Part shown: piece after piece, positions 14,116-27,186 of the stretch
Position numbering within the stretch: the first letter of the stretch is position 1
How the letters are laid out: each line of letters starts with the position of its first letter
Source: Octopus vulgaris
Taxonomy: Eukaryota
DNA length: 64,000 bases
Direction: 5' to 3'
Assembly: GCA_951406725.2 (NCBI GenBank)
Contig: OX597838.1
Span: forward strand, 31,496,001-31,560,000
Notes under the pieces: generated by a model
What the model was told of the DNA's origin: nothing
Seen by the model: the letters and a program-made list of their open reading frames with translations, nothing else
Database searches by the model: none
Position numbers and translations under genes: made by a program

Positions 14116-14331
14116 CTTACCCAGAAACATGAACTGATTGTGTGCAATGCTGACCAAGGCTAGAACAAAATATTGTAGTAGGTATACAAAAGCAGCGTTG
14201 TGAATAAACAAACATTTAGATCCATTCAAATCGTTCAAATCTGTTTGGGATGTATTTGACCTGTACAAAGGCCATATTCACTGCTGTTGAGAAGGCAGCC
14301 ATTGAGAACATTTCTGCCTTTTACCACTTTC

Positions 14332-14776
14332 GGATCTTTTCGGTTTGAACGGCAGTTTTTAAAATAATTTCTAGGTAACTAGAAAATTTTAAACTTCGTA
14401 TACTGATAGAATGTGTTTATAAAACATCATTTTCTCTTGGCTTTATTGAGAAAATTCTATAGTTTGTAACATATTTCGTCTTTAACCTCTTGCATTTCAG
14501 CAATTTTAACCAATCGATTACCTTCATTGACGTAAACACACATTCCGTGCCGTATGAATATGTCCCTCGTTTAAGAAACAGATTGGGTTTATTTACATTT
14601 GTGAAGAAAAAAAGATACCCTTCCCCCACCCCTAACCCTAATCCTAACCCTAACTAACCCTAAATCTAAAATAGATTGAAATGCAATAGATCGATACTAG
14701 GGTTATAATTATGGGTGACAATTTCATTTGACACCACGAGGAAAAACTCCCATTTTCGTTCAAACCGAAAAGATCC
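14332..14776. mobile_element. MITE with 20-bp GG..CC TIRs, 8-bp TSD and internal (CCCTAA)n (Merlin-like)
   Basis: TIR GGATCTTTTCGGTTTGAACG / CGTTCAAACCGAAAAGATCC; TSD CCACTTTC / CCACCTTC; telomere-like repeats at ~14630-14662; superfamily is inferred. Confidence 0.85.
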
Positions 14777-14915
14777 CCACCTTCTCCCAAGTTTTCCTCG
14801 TTTTTACTCTTGGGCAGATTCCATTAACTTGAAGGGCTCAGCACTTTCATATGCAGTTGTTGTCCTCCATATCCATCACATGCCCATATCTATGCACCCT
14901 CCTCTCTTGTACCCT
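14777..14915 (-). mobile_element. RTE LINE C-terminal remnant interrupted by the MITE
   Basis: Minus strand YGHVMDMEDNNCI*KC*ALQVNGICPRVKTRKTWE. Confidence 0.6.
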
Positions 14916-14962
14916 AAAACCAAATTCCTTTAGTACCCATTATATGATGTGTGTATGTATAT

Positions 14963-15405
14963 ATTTCTTTACTACCCACAAGGGGCTAAACACAGAGGGG
15001 ACAAACAAGACAGACAAAGGAATTAAATCGATTACATCGACCCCAGTGCGTAGCTGGTACTTAATTTATCGACCCCGAAAGGATGAAAGGCAAAGTCAAC
15101 CTTGGCGGAATTTGAACTCAGAACATAACAGCAGGCGAATTACTGCTAAGCATTTTGCCCGGCATGCTAACGTTTCTGCCAGCTCGCCGCCTTATCTATC
15201 TATCTATCTATCTTATTTCTTTATTGCTCACAAGGGGCTAAACATAGAGAGGACAAACAAGGACAGACAAACGGATTAAGTCGATTATATCGACCCCAGT
15301 GCGTAACTGGTACTTGTTTAATCGACCCCGAAAGGATGAAAGGTAATGTCGACCTTGGCGGAATTTGAACTCAGAACGTAACGGCAGACGGAATACAGCT
15401 AAGCA
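14963..15405 (-). mobile_element. Two family B SINEs in tandem
   Basis: Two near-consensus copies separated by (TATC)n. Confidence 0.88.
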
Positions 15406-16050
15406 TACTGATGTGTGTATGTATATATGTATGTATCTGTGTGTGTGTGAACGTGTGTATGGAGTTGTCCATGTGTTTGTTTACCTTTGCCCTTCTTGGG
15501 TGGTGGTGGTTGTGGTGGGAGACAGTTGTAGTAATTTCTACTGTCAACATATCACCAGTTGCTGGCTTTGCCCCTTTTAAAAGCTTGTGAAATAAGAGAT
15601 GCTTAACTTGAAAAGCAGGTCAGGGTTTGCGGCAGAAGGGCTTCTAAATGGAGGCCCTTGGATGCCTTTAACCTCAATAACATACTTACCTAACTAATTC
15701 TAGCATAGAAAATGAGTGTGAAGTCGAACGATTGAAAGGTAACTTGGTTTAAACACTACAAATGGTCCTTGTACTATTATATCCCTAAACATCAAAGAAA
15801 ACTGCAGAAATTTTAATAACTATTCTAGTGTCTTTGATACAGACCGATTTACTATGTTCTTCATCAAAGGATTGTGTCTCTTTGATGTGGTTCCTTGAAA
15901 CTCATGATTTCGATAGAGAGGAATTAGATCATGGATACCTTTTTAAAGTTCTTAGGAAGATAAAGGACGCTAAGGAAACAGCCATGTTATGGTGAAGAAC
16001 CCTCAGATAATCTTGACAGTTGGCTTTTTCTGTGTGCGTGTGTGTAATCA

Positions 16051-16115
<65 letters not shown>

Positions 16116-16147
16116 TAAAATTTAAAATGTATTTGGGAGTTCGTGAT

Positions 16148-16208
<61 letters not shown>

Positions 16209-16280
16209 TCTATCTATCTATTTATCTATCTATTCACACACACACACATGTATATAAATACATACCTGATTTCACATTTG

Positions 16281-16430
16281 TAGGCGTGGTAAGAAACTTG
16301 CTTCTCAACCACATGGTTCCAGGTTCAGTTCCACTGCGTGTCACCTTACGCAAGAGTCTTCAACTATAGACTCGGGCCGAACAAAGCCTTGTGAGTGGAT
16401 TTGGTAGACGGAAACTGAAAGAAGCCCGTC

Positions 16431-16478
<48 letters not shown>

Positions 16479-16490
16479 ATGTATGTATGC

Positions 16491-16533
<43 letters not shown>

Positions 16534-17171
16534 TATATAATCTTGGTGTATCTGTTTGTCCCCCACCCCACCCCACCATCGCTTGACAACCGATGCTGGT
16601 GTGTTTACGTCCCCGTAAGTTAGCGGTTCGGCACAAAACACCGATAGAATAAGTTCTAGGCTTACAAATCCTGGCGTCGATTTCTTCGATTAAACCGCTT
16701 TAAGGCGGTGCTCCAGCATGGCCGCAGTCAAATGATTGAAACAAGTAAAAAAAAGTAAAAGAATATATATAAATATATGTAGCTGTGTGGTAAGTAGCTT
16801 GCTTACCAACCACATGGTTCCGGGTTCAGTCCCACTGCGTGGCATCTTGGGCAAGTGTCTTCTGCTATAGCCTCGGGCCGACCAAAGCCTTGTGAGTGGA
16901 TTTGGTAGACGGAAACTGAAAGAAGTCTGTCGTATATATGTATATATATATATATATATATGCGTGTGTGTGTCTGTGTTTGTCCCCCTAGCATTGCTTG
17001 ACAACCGATGCTGGTGTGTTTATGTCCCCGTTACTTAGCGGTTCGGCAAAAGAGACCGATAGAATAAGTACTAGGCTTACAAAAGAATAAGTCCCGGGGT
17101 CGAGTTGCTCGATTAAAGTGGTGCTCCAGCATGGCTGCAGTCAACTAAAAGGGTAAAAGAGAGTAAAGAGA

Positions 17172-17172
<1 letters not shown>
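16281..17172 (+). mobile_element. Two tandem family A SINEs
   Basis: Copies at ~16281-16761 and ~16779-17172, with CpGs retained. Confidence 0.9.
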
Positions 17173-17235
<63 letters not shown>

Positions 17236-17275
17236 CTACACGTAAATGTATACACTTTACAAATACAATAGTGTA

Positions 17276-17312
<37 letters not shown>

Positions 17313-17466
17313 ACACGGAAATATTTACTTCGTATTTTGTGTATGTGACGAGTGTGAATGAGTATCAATTGTATGTATGTGTGTATGTGTGTGTGTGTGT
17401 GTGTATGCGAGAAAGATTCTATTTATATCCCGTGTATACACCATCTGAACAGCAGTATGGAATTAC

Positions 17467-17617
17467 TTATTAAAGGCGATGATGTTAGCAGGCAATATAG
17501 CATTATTTCCTCTTGATAATGTATTTGCCCTGATTTCGACACTTGCCATATCTGACCGCCAAAATTTCTACCCCGCCTACACAACCGCTTTCTGTTTTTC
17601 CCTCTTCATTTCGACGC
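17467..17617 (-). other. Candidate exon of a minus-strand transcript (possible start MASVEIRANTLSRGNNAILPANIIAFN)
   Basis: Acceptor TTGTTGTTTTGCAG|G, donor AA|GTAATT, non-repetitive CpG-rich sequence, ATG at 17549 in context GATATGG. Confidence 0.4.
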
Positions 17618-18354
17618 CTGCAAAACAACAATAACAGCAAAAGATAATTACAACATCACGAACATTAACAACAACAACAACAATAATATAATAAACTGGA
17701 CTAACAATAACAATATCAGCAGTAATATGAATTAACGGGGGAAGTCTCTTTAAGTGTCATTTAAACGGCTAGAAATAGCAGCCTAATCGCCTCAAATCAC
17801 ATCATCCTGCAGCAACATTTCATCCCCCCCCCCCCCGCCCCAGGGATTCGTGAAAAGAACTCTGGAGTTCCGTAGGCATGGCTCTATGGTTAAGAAGTTC
17901 GCTTCGCAACCATGTGGTTCCGGGTTCGCTCCCACTGCGCGGCACTTTGGACAAGAGTTTTCTAATATATTCCCGGTCTGTGAGTAGATTTAGTGGACGG
18001 AATAAATTCTCTGAGAAATTTGGTTTATTTTATTGTCTAATTAAAATTAGCCGGTTTAATAAGTGAAGTGGGTGTTGTCCGTAAAATATAAGGGTGAGGT
18101 CTGCGATTTTTGTAAAAATCGTGAAAGTACTTAGCGAACCGCTGACCCTGTATTATTTCAAAAGGACCCATTGGATAATATAATTCGCCATACGTCGTCT
18201 GATTAATAGATGGTCATGGCTGGAATGCCCTTGTCGTAGGTCTACTCGATCAAGACTGACCTGGGGCTAAACAATAGCAACACTAATATAAATCGCGAAA
18301 TTCACTCCACTTAACTGTATATAAGGGTGTATATGTGCGTGTGTATATAATAGC

Positions 18355-18462
18355 GGCGGAGGTAAAGAATACGTACACCACTCGTTTTCGGCGTAGCAAA
18401 ACCCTAACCTTAACCCTAACCCTAACTCTAAACACCTGGGGTACTTATTCTGTAGTTTCGCC
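18355..18462. mobile_element. Short MITE with GG..CC TIRs and internal (CCCTAA)n
   Basis: GGCGGAGGTAAAGAATACGTACACCA vs reverse complement GGCGAAACTACAGAATAAGTACCCCA; imperfect 9-bp TSD TATAATAGC/TATGATAGT. Confidence 0.65.
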
Positions 18463-19019
18463 TATGATAGTGTGTGTGCATGTATGCTGTTGTAGCTCCA
18501 GATGAGCTTGTGTCAAAGGAGTTCCAATCGTGCCCATCCAGCGCAACGTTGTCCAATGCTGGCCTGGCCTGATCTGGATTTAACGCGTTTATATCTTAAT
18601 CCTCCTATTTTAACACTCGTTGATAATGTGATCTTCCTTTTTTTTTTTTTTTCTTTTTAAAGACAGTAGGTGTGATTTGTGAGAGACTTGACTGCTATTT
18701 TTAACGAATCGAGCGACATTATAAGACAGGCTTCTTGTGCTGTTTTGTTTTTTTAACACTTCAGTTTAACCTCGTAACCATAAATAAACGTCGCATGACC
18801 CTTAAGGAAAAATTCCACCATAACCTTTATGCCTTGTTGATAGTTAAGTGATAAATTTGGTGCTTAAACAGCAGAATAGCTGGGTGAATGAAAGCAAAAT
18901 GACAGACCACGCCAACACACACACACACACTATCTCTCTTCCTTACTTTTAGACGAAGAGCAAATGTCATTAAAGCCAGATTGTTTTGTTATTTTTTCTT
19001 TCTCGCGGTAATTGCACCT

Positions 19020-19335
19020 ACTGACCTCTTTTGCAAAACTTTTCTATGTTGAATAAACTGTTTCTGAGAAAGAAAAACAAAACGCAAACAAAACAACTGC
19101 AATGGATTTGGGAGAGAGGAATTTCGGAAAAACGTGTTTCGGATAAAGAAGATCACGTAAATTGGAATATTTCCGTTTTGACGGGGATTTTTCCAATTGT
19201 TTTTCACCACAGCCTTCGAAATGATGTGGAGCATCTTTTATGAAAAAAAAGTTTGAAAATTTATAATTATTTTTACTCCCCTCCCCGCTTAATTATACCA
19301 TTGGACCACACGCGTGCTCCATTGGTGTGATATAA
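19020..19335 (-). promoter_or_regulatory. Candidate promoter and first exon of a leftward transcript
   Basis: CpG-rich unique DNA; two CCAAT boxes on the - strand (19300-04, 19321-25); GC-box-like CCCCTCCCCGC; donor GAG|GTCAGT at 19025. Confidence 0.4.
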
Positions 19336-19397
19336 ACATCAACAAAAAAATTGAATTTTTATCCCCTATCTTAATTAACCGAGGCCGTGTGTGTGTA

Positions 19398-19686
19398 AGG
19401 GTATCTTTTTTTCTTCACAAATGTAAATAAACTTAATCTGTTTCTTAAACGAGGGACATATTGATGACACACAGAATGCCTTCACCTCAATGGACGGTCA
19501 GCGATTGGTTAAAATTGCCGAAATGCAAGAAATTTTAGACGAAATATGTTACAAACTATAGAATTTTCTCAATAAAACCAAGAGAAAATGATGTTTTATA
19601 AACACATTCTACCAGTATACGAAGTTTAAAATTTTTTAGTTACCTAGAAATTATGTTACAAACTGCCGTTCAAACCGAAAAGCTCC
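19398..19686 (-). mobile_element. Truncated copy of the 14332-14776 MITE
   Basis: Reverse-complement match ending CGTTCAAACCGAAAAGCTCC. Confidence 0.8.
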
Positions 19687-20784
19687 GAAAAAAACATTTT
19701 CTAACAGAAAAGTATGCTATTAAAATGAAGTATCTTTTACATACCTATTTTTTAAAAAATTACTGTGGATAAATGCCAGAAATGACCTCAGGCTTTCCAA
19801 TATTTTCAATTATAAATAGAAACAATCAGGGGCGGGGAGTGGGGGTGAAAAGATTTTGATTTTCAAATTCGTTTACTACACATTTCTTTTACACCTGTTA
19901 AACTTTTTTTTTTGTTTTTTTTTTGGTGGCCAGGTTTTGAAACTAGATATTAACCCTGACTTCTGATAACTTGAGGAAACAAGGAGAGTGTCAGTTATAG
20001 TTGTCATGTCATATCAAATCCACTAGGATCCCATTGCTTTAGTCTCTTCCACATTTCTCTGCTCTTCGTCATCTCTGCAACAGTTTGCTTTTGAGATTTA
20101 TGCTTTCCAGCGACTGTTGCATGTGTCTTCAACAAAGTTTGCCTCTTCTTCAATCATTACTATGGCATCCATAGTAATAATTGAAGTCTATTCCCAAAGA
20201 TTACTTTACAACCATGTGGTCTTGGGTTCAGTCCCATAGTACAGCACCTCTGAGTGGATTTGGGAAAGAAAAATCTTAAAGAAGCTCATCAAGTGCATGT
20301 GTGTGTGTGTGTGTGTATACATGTATATATGTATGTATGTATGAATTGTAACTGCATTCATTAGTGGGCCCTGATACAAGAGTTCCAGGGTTTTTGGAGA
20401 GTGTGGAACCACCTCTTAGCTACTTTTGTTCCCAGGTCAATTCTAATCCAGAGTTGTAGAACCTGTTAGGGTCCCAGCTAATTAACCTGTGAACTACTGG
20501 AAGTGAAAGATCCCTACTTCTTGTTAGAAGATCCTTCTAGGAGAAGGTAAACTCATGTAAAAGTCTTGAAGTGCAGCTGGTTTCTGTTCACCTCGCCCTC
20601 TCTTGTGTCACTGGTTTTATAACTGATTGTGCTAAAAAGAGGGCTCAGTGTTGTGCATCACTTTATCCACTCAATACAAATTCACACATTGTAACTTCTT
20701 GGACTCTCAAAGTATTTGTACAGAGTTCTTGAGTTTAGGAAGTGGTCTTATCAGTCATGAGTTGAGTTCCATCACATATGTGTG

Positions 20785-20980
20785 TATATAGTCAATCCAA
20801 ACATGAACAAGCAAGAATAAACAACAACGCAAGGATGTGGTACAAGTACTGTGTTATTGGATGCTCAGGAAAGGAAAGAAAAGAAAGAGGATTTCACGTT
20901 TTGAGCGGAGCTCTTTGTCAGAAATATAGAAAAAGTCCAAAGAAGGGAAGACGGAGAAAGAAAATCACCAACAATACACT
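20785..20980 (-). mobile_element. PLE terminal-repeat remnant with decayed hammerhead (20891-20925)
   Basis: Minus strand ATTT-CTGACAA-A-GAGC-TCC-GCTC-AAAAC-GTG-AAAT; stems intact, core mutated. Confidence 0.6.
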
Positions 20981-21261
20981 TTGAAGTTATAAGTATTCAT
21001 AGGCGCAAGAGAAGAAGCTTGCTTCCCAACCACATGGTTCCGGGTTCAGTCCCACTGCGTGGCACCTTGGGCAAGTGTATCTACGTATGTATATCCATCC
21101 ATGTGTCCTCCATCTTGAGGTGAGGCTCCAGTTTGGGAGTTATGGAATTGTGTGGACCTGGAACAGTACTACTTGTCAGGGTACCATTTCCAAGGAGCAG
21201 AAGAGGCTCCTGTCAGTTTTTCCAAAACCATGGGGAAGGCAGCTCTTTTAGGGGAAAGATA

Positions 21262-21503
21262 CTTATTTCTTTACTACCTACAAGGGGCTAAACACAGAGA
21301 GGACAAACAAGGACAGACACATGGATTAAATCGATTATATCGACCCCAGTGCGTAACTGGTACTTATTTAATCGACTCCGAAAGGATGAAAGGCAAAGTC
21401 GACCTCAGCAGAATTTGAACTCAGAACACAGCAGCGGACGAAATACCGCATACCGCAAAGCATTTCGTTTGGCGTGCTAACGTTTCTGCCAGCTCGCCGC
21501 CTT
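21262..21503 (-). mobile_element. Family B SINE inserted in an RTE-5'UTR-like sequence
   Basis: Near-consensus copy flanked by AAAGATACT on both sides. Confidence 0.85.
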
Positions 21504-21646
21504 AAAGATACTCTTAGGGAAAAGATACTCTGACATAAAACTTGCAGTCAAGACTGTGCCAGTCATCTTGAAATGTTTGTCACTGGAACCTACCAAGGCA
21601 ACCGGGAGAGTGGCAAAAGCATTGTACAGCTCTTCTCACTTAAACA

Positions 21647-22119
21647 TGAGGGTGAGTTAAAAATGCCATTTTGCTTAGGACAGGTATAATTACCAACACA
21701 GGAACATGTATCATTCATCAAAATGAAGCTGGTCCTCTGTGGATCACATCCCTACTTCTCAACATAGCCACCGTTTCTCTCAATAGCAATGTTCCACCTT
21801 TGAATGAGAGCATGTATCCCTGCCCCGTCAAATTCTGTTGATTGTTCTTTGAGCCACTTCTTCACTACAGTTTTCACTTCCTCATCACTGGAATAATGTT
21901 TGCCTCTCAAACCCTCTTTTGTGGTGCCGAAGAGACGATAGTCTGAAGGTGCTCTCATTCGAAGGTGGAACATTGCTATTGAGAGAAACGGTGACTATGT
22001 TAGGTAGTAGGGATGTGATCCACAGAGGACCAGCTTCATTTTGATGTATGATCCATGTTCCTGTGCTGGTAATTATACCCGTCCTAAACAAAATGACATT
22101 ACTTTTTGATTCACTCTCA
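21647..22119. mobile_element. Foldback mariner derivative (both arms from the 3' end)
   Basis: ~165-bp inverted arms; minus-strand peptide APSDYRLFGTTKEGLRGKHYSSDEEVKTVVKKWL...WNIAIERNGGYVEK is a mariner C-terminus. Confidence 0.85.
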
Positions 22120-22407
22120 TATGAGGTACAGATGTTTGTGTAATCGTTTCTTTTCTTGATCTGTTTTGTATGAACACATGGCACTGGCCTGAAATGTCAT
22201 AAATGTACACATGCAATGATGGAAGTTAATGAGAACAATCAGGCTGAATGTGAAACTGCTATCACCTGACAAGATGAAACAATCATCAACACCTATGTAT
22301 GTATGTATGTATGCATGCATGCATGCATGCATGCATGCATGCATGTATGTATGTATGTATGTATGTATGTATGTATGTATGTATGTATGTATGTATGTAT
22401 GTATACA

Positions 22408-22906
22408 TGGTTGGGTCGTTGGCGACTAAACCGGCAACCCCACCAAGCTTGTTTGGTGAGGAGGGTGTTTATTGGACACCCTGTGGGATGAAAAACAAAA
22501 CCCGTCAAAGGGCGGAGAAACTCTTGAGAGTCAACGGCCATCCAATAAATGTCTTAAGGCTGTATCATGCGCAGGGACATAGAAATAATCGGACTGAATA
22601 CCCAATCGCGCGGTAAAACCATTGGGAGTGAAGGACTCGTAGCCTTTGTTAGGACATCCTTCTAGGAGAAGGTAACTTAGGTAACTGGGATAACTCCAAC
22701 ATAAAACCTGCGGCTCAGTGGTTACCGATGATGTTGACTTGTTCTTCTTTTCAGATTATGGCTCCTGTTGCTTAGTGAGTGGGATTGACTCAGTGCACAG
22801 CCTTTCCTCACTTTAAAAAAAATCTTCTTGCACAGGTATTGCACGATAACAACATCGATTAAGCTTTGTGCAGTGGCCATACTCGATAACGAGGGGGCAG
22901 CCACCA
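22408..22906 (+). mobile_element. Non-autonomous bipartite RTE-like retroelement in (TATG)n
   Basis: Structured GC-rich 5' part, RTE-5'UTR-like motif CCTTCTAGGAGAAGGTAAC (also at ~20535), short 3' end running into (ATGT)n. Confidence 0.55.
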
Positions 22907-23380
22907 TGTATGAATGTATGTATGTATGTATGTATGTATGTATGTATGTATGTATGTATGTATCTATGTATGTATGTGTGTATGTATGCATGCATGTGTA
23001 TGTATGTATGTGTGTGTATGCATGCATGTATGTGTGTATGTATGTGTGTACGTATGTGTATGCATGCATGTATGTGTATGTATGTATTTGTGTATGTATG
23101 CATATATGTGTGTATGTATGTGTGTATGTATGTATGTGTGTGTGCATATATGCATGTATGTATGTATGTATGTATGTATGTATGCATGCATATGTATGTA
23201 TGTATGTGTGTGTATGCATGCATGTATGTGTGTATGTATGTATATGTGCATGTATATATGTATGAATGTATGTATGTATACTTGTGCGTGTGTATGCATG
23301 CATGTATGTATATATGTATGTGTGCATGCTTGATTGTGTGTGTGTGTGTGTTAGTGTGTGTATGCATGCATGTATGTGTG
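22906..23380. repeat. Degenerate (TATG/TGTG/CATG)n microsatellite
   Basis: Direct reading. Confidence 0.95.
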
Positions 23381-23717
23381 CCTTTGTCTTGACATCATGT
23401 GATGATCGTAAGTGACCACCACCATCAATACAAGTGAAATTCTTCATTTCCAGTCTTCCATGAGAAACGTGTCTGGCCATGGAGAAATATTACCTTGCTT
23501 GGAAACATGAAGAGCATCTGGTCATAGAGAAAAAATTCTACCTCAGCAAAGAGTTATACATGACCCATTCGGTGACCTGGTATGGCCAAGTTTAGTGACT
23601 GAAACAAAAACAAAAACAAAAACAAAAACAAAAACAAAAACAAAAAAATAAAAAGATACATAAATACCAACAAAATAATGCAGACATACATATATACTGA
23701 CATACCAATCCATACAG

Positions 23718-23928
<211 letters not shown>

Positions 23929-24654
23929 GTGCCTATAGACACACATGTATAGATAAATAGGGGGAAAATGATCTGTTTGTAGGTAGAGTAGGGGAGTTTA
24001 AAGCTTCCCCATTTAGGCCTGCTTTGTTAGGGATTTCGACCTTTCTTTTATATGGTTTTATTTATTTTGAAATTCCTTTACTTGTGTGTGGAGTGGGGGT
24101 GAGATAGATTGGTATGAAGGCGGGGTGAGGGTGGGGGGTTATTATTATACACTCTCTCCTCCTTCTCCTTTGCTTTGTATAAACACTCTGCTTTTTATTT
24201 TCTGTTTTATATCTATCACCAACACCAGTTGTTGTCATCATCATCATCATCATCAGCATCATTGTCACACCACTTTACACCATGACCCTGAGTCAAAAGA
24301 CCCAAAAAAATTTGCCCTAACTTCACCACCACAGTTGCTGCTACTACCCCTCCTCCACCTCTCTTACATCCAACATTTCTAAAACTACCACCCCAGTAGA
24401 ATATTTTTGGTGAGAGCAGTAGTAAGACTAATAGGAATCAATATATACAGAAATACAGGGAAAGTATGTGTGTGTGTGTCTATAAGTAGAGTGCATATAT
24501 ATGTATATATATATATATGTAGGTCCCGGGTTGAGTCGGGGTTAACCACAGTAAATAAGGTACTCAATACATAGCAGAGTCAATTAATTTAATTTATTAA
24601 TTATTTAATTTATTATAGAAGCTCCTTCTATAAAATAAATATATATATATATAT

Positions 24655-24810
24655 ATAGGAAGAATTCATTAAAACAACAAAAGACGAAGACAGGTGGTGC
24701 AGAAAACAAATAGATGTATTAGTATAATGCTTGGGAATTGAAAAAAGTCTTTTACATTTCGAGCCTACGCTCTTCCACAGAAAGAAACAAGGAGAGAAAG
24801 AAAATATATC
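24655..24810 (-). mobile_element. PLE terminal-repeat remnant with variant hammerhead (24749-24784)
   Basis: Minus strand CTTT-CTGTGGA-A-GAGC-GTAG-GCTC-GAAAT-GTA-AAAG, between (TA)n tracts. Confidence 0.65.
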
Positions 24811-24822
24811 TATATATCTATA

Positions 24823-24930
<108 letters not shown>

Positions 24931-26067
24931 TGTATATGCAGTTAAATTTATTGAAGTTTGTATATCAATGCATATCTGGTGTTTGAGTAAATAAATGCTG
25001 AAGCGTGTGTATTGTCTTGTCTTGGCCTTTCTTGCTACAAATGGACTTATAGTGGCACTGTTGCAACATATTGAGTGCCACTTTTCTCCACCTGTTACAA
25101 CTGTGTGCCAAAACTCAAGTCTCCGCTTACTATTAAACTGTCCGTTCCTTGTTGCCTGACCATTTTTTCTCTGTCTAATTCTCCTGCCACAATTCCTTGA
25201 GGAATGGTCTTTGCAAGGTTTTTCCCTGTTTGAGATCTTCGTGAAACCCAGTGTGATACTGATTGGTTTCAAGAGCCCAGTTATTCATGATGAGGCCCCA
25301 AGTATGGAATACCTGAAATTTTATTACAGTAGCATCAGATTTCCAATTTCTGCATCTCCTTCTGAAAATAGAAAATTCCACCTCAAGGGAGTCTGATTTT
25401 GTTGTTTATAGTGATGTTTTTTTTATCTCTCCTTATTGCTTTGAATTTAAGTGTAGCCATTGCATGTGTGGACCCTGTCAAGGATTTCAGGCCTTGACCC
25501 TTTCATCACCATTTTTCATCATCATCATCACCATTTAACATCCAGTTTCCATGCTAACAAGACTTGGATGTTTCAAGAAGAGCCAACAAGCTGTAAAAGA
25601 CTGTGCAAAGCTCCAATGTTTGCTTTGGCATAGTTTCTACAGTTGGATGTTCTTCCTAGTGCTAACCACTTTACACTGTATACTGGGTGCTTTTCACATG
25701 GCCCCAGCACTAGTGAGGGGACCAAGTAACTTACAAGATAAGACATTAATAATTGTCCCCAGCTATTTGAACTGATGCACTGTCATAAGTTCCTGTCACT
25801 GAACACCAATATCTGATGAGACGACCCCAGTGGTATTTGACATGATTTTTTTTTGTTTTTTTGTCAGCACTGATTTCCATTCCATAATTGGTGGAAACCC
25901 TATCAGGGTGCCAGGTCAATTCAATCAGTTCTTCTTTCTACCAGTTCAATCATGCCATCAACAAATCTTATAAAAAAAACAACTTTCAGAGACAATAATG
26001 GTTTATTGAGACGGAAAGCTGTGGGTTTTTTCATATTGAAGTATGAGAAACTGAAAATATATATATA

Positions 26068-26198
26068 CAGGGTGTCCCAAAAAAATGTATACACAAAGTG
26101 GTTCGGCAAAAGAGAATGATAGAATAAGTACTAGGCTTACAAAGAATAACAAATTTACAATTATTTAAGGTGTGTATACATTTTTTGGGGACACCCTG
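26068..26198. mobile_element. Tc1/mariner MITE containing a SINE fragment
   Basis: 27-bp TIR CAGGGTGTCCCAAAAAAATGTATACAC / GTGTATACATTTTTTGGGGACACCCTG, TA TSD; internal GGTTCGGCAAAAGAGA..GATAGAATAAGTACTAGGCTTACAAAGAATAA from family A. Confidence 0.85.
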
Positions 26199-26212
26199 TA
26201 TATTTATGTACC

Positions 26213-26270
26213 TAGAGAGAGAGAGAAAGAGAGAAAGAGAGAGAGAGAGAGTGAGAGAGTGTGTGTGTGT

Positions 26271-26361
<91 letters not shown>
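26213..26361. repeat. (GA)n microsatellite
   Basis: Direct reading. Confidence 0.95.
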
Positions 26362-26364
<3 letters not shown>

Positions 26365-27186
26365 CATTGAATCCACAGAAAAGTTCCATCAGCACAATGT
26401 CCATGATCAAGCTAGTTTACTTTCACATGGTTCTAGGGAGAAGTATTCCTTGAGTTGAGACCAATTGTATATTTTGCTATATTTTGGAGGAAGACGAAAT
26501 GGTGATGATGGTGGTGGTAGTGGTGGTTCAAAAAGCCATTTCAAGTAGCCATGTACGGCTCAAAACGTTTAGTGTGACGTCAACCTGCCTCAACTTTCAA
26601 CTCAGGATGTTTTGCTACAGCTGGATTTCTCCAAGTATAAACGACACATGTATATTGTGTATGGTGTCTGCATAGAGGAGTGTTCTGTTCTTGGTGAACT
26701 TACATCCTTTTTAACACAACATGAATTTCCTGTGTTGCAGTCAAGACTGCTTGATGGACCAAATGTATCCGGTTAGTTGCTGCTATTTTTAATACTAATA
26801 TGGCAAGGTCTGACACATGTAATAATTATAAGTTCCATCAATTTGAATTATCTAAACAAATATTTGACAAAAACTCCAACCATGACTGTTTAAAACAACA
26901 ACCAAGGGAGTTAACTATAATGAAAGCAGGCGATTGAAATTCTTTTAGAAATATAGAAATACAAACCGGAGTGGGTCTTGTCTTTAAAGTCAACTGGTAA
27001 ATGTAATGATTTTGGCTTATTCTATTCAACTGGTGAGGCTAAGAATAATACACATATATAATCTCTGTCTAATAAGACTGAAACGCTAATCTGCTTCGTC
27101 TATATTGATCTGAAATTTTGAACAACAGATTTTAGTAAATTTATCTCTCTTGGTTGATTTTAAATTTTAAACATTCAAGAGCAGAT

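Noticed and set aside
14630-14662. Chromosome-end or fusion telomere signal
   Set aside because: Short degenerate array internal to a MITE
25000-25320. [13 protein letters not shown] resembling mariner FLDRIVTGDEKW
   Set aside because: Single weak motif lacking the catalytic Asp, with no TIRs or other motifs
25812-25845. CTGATGAG as a possible hammerhead or C/D box
   Set aside because: No stem II-GAAA partner and no terminal stem
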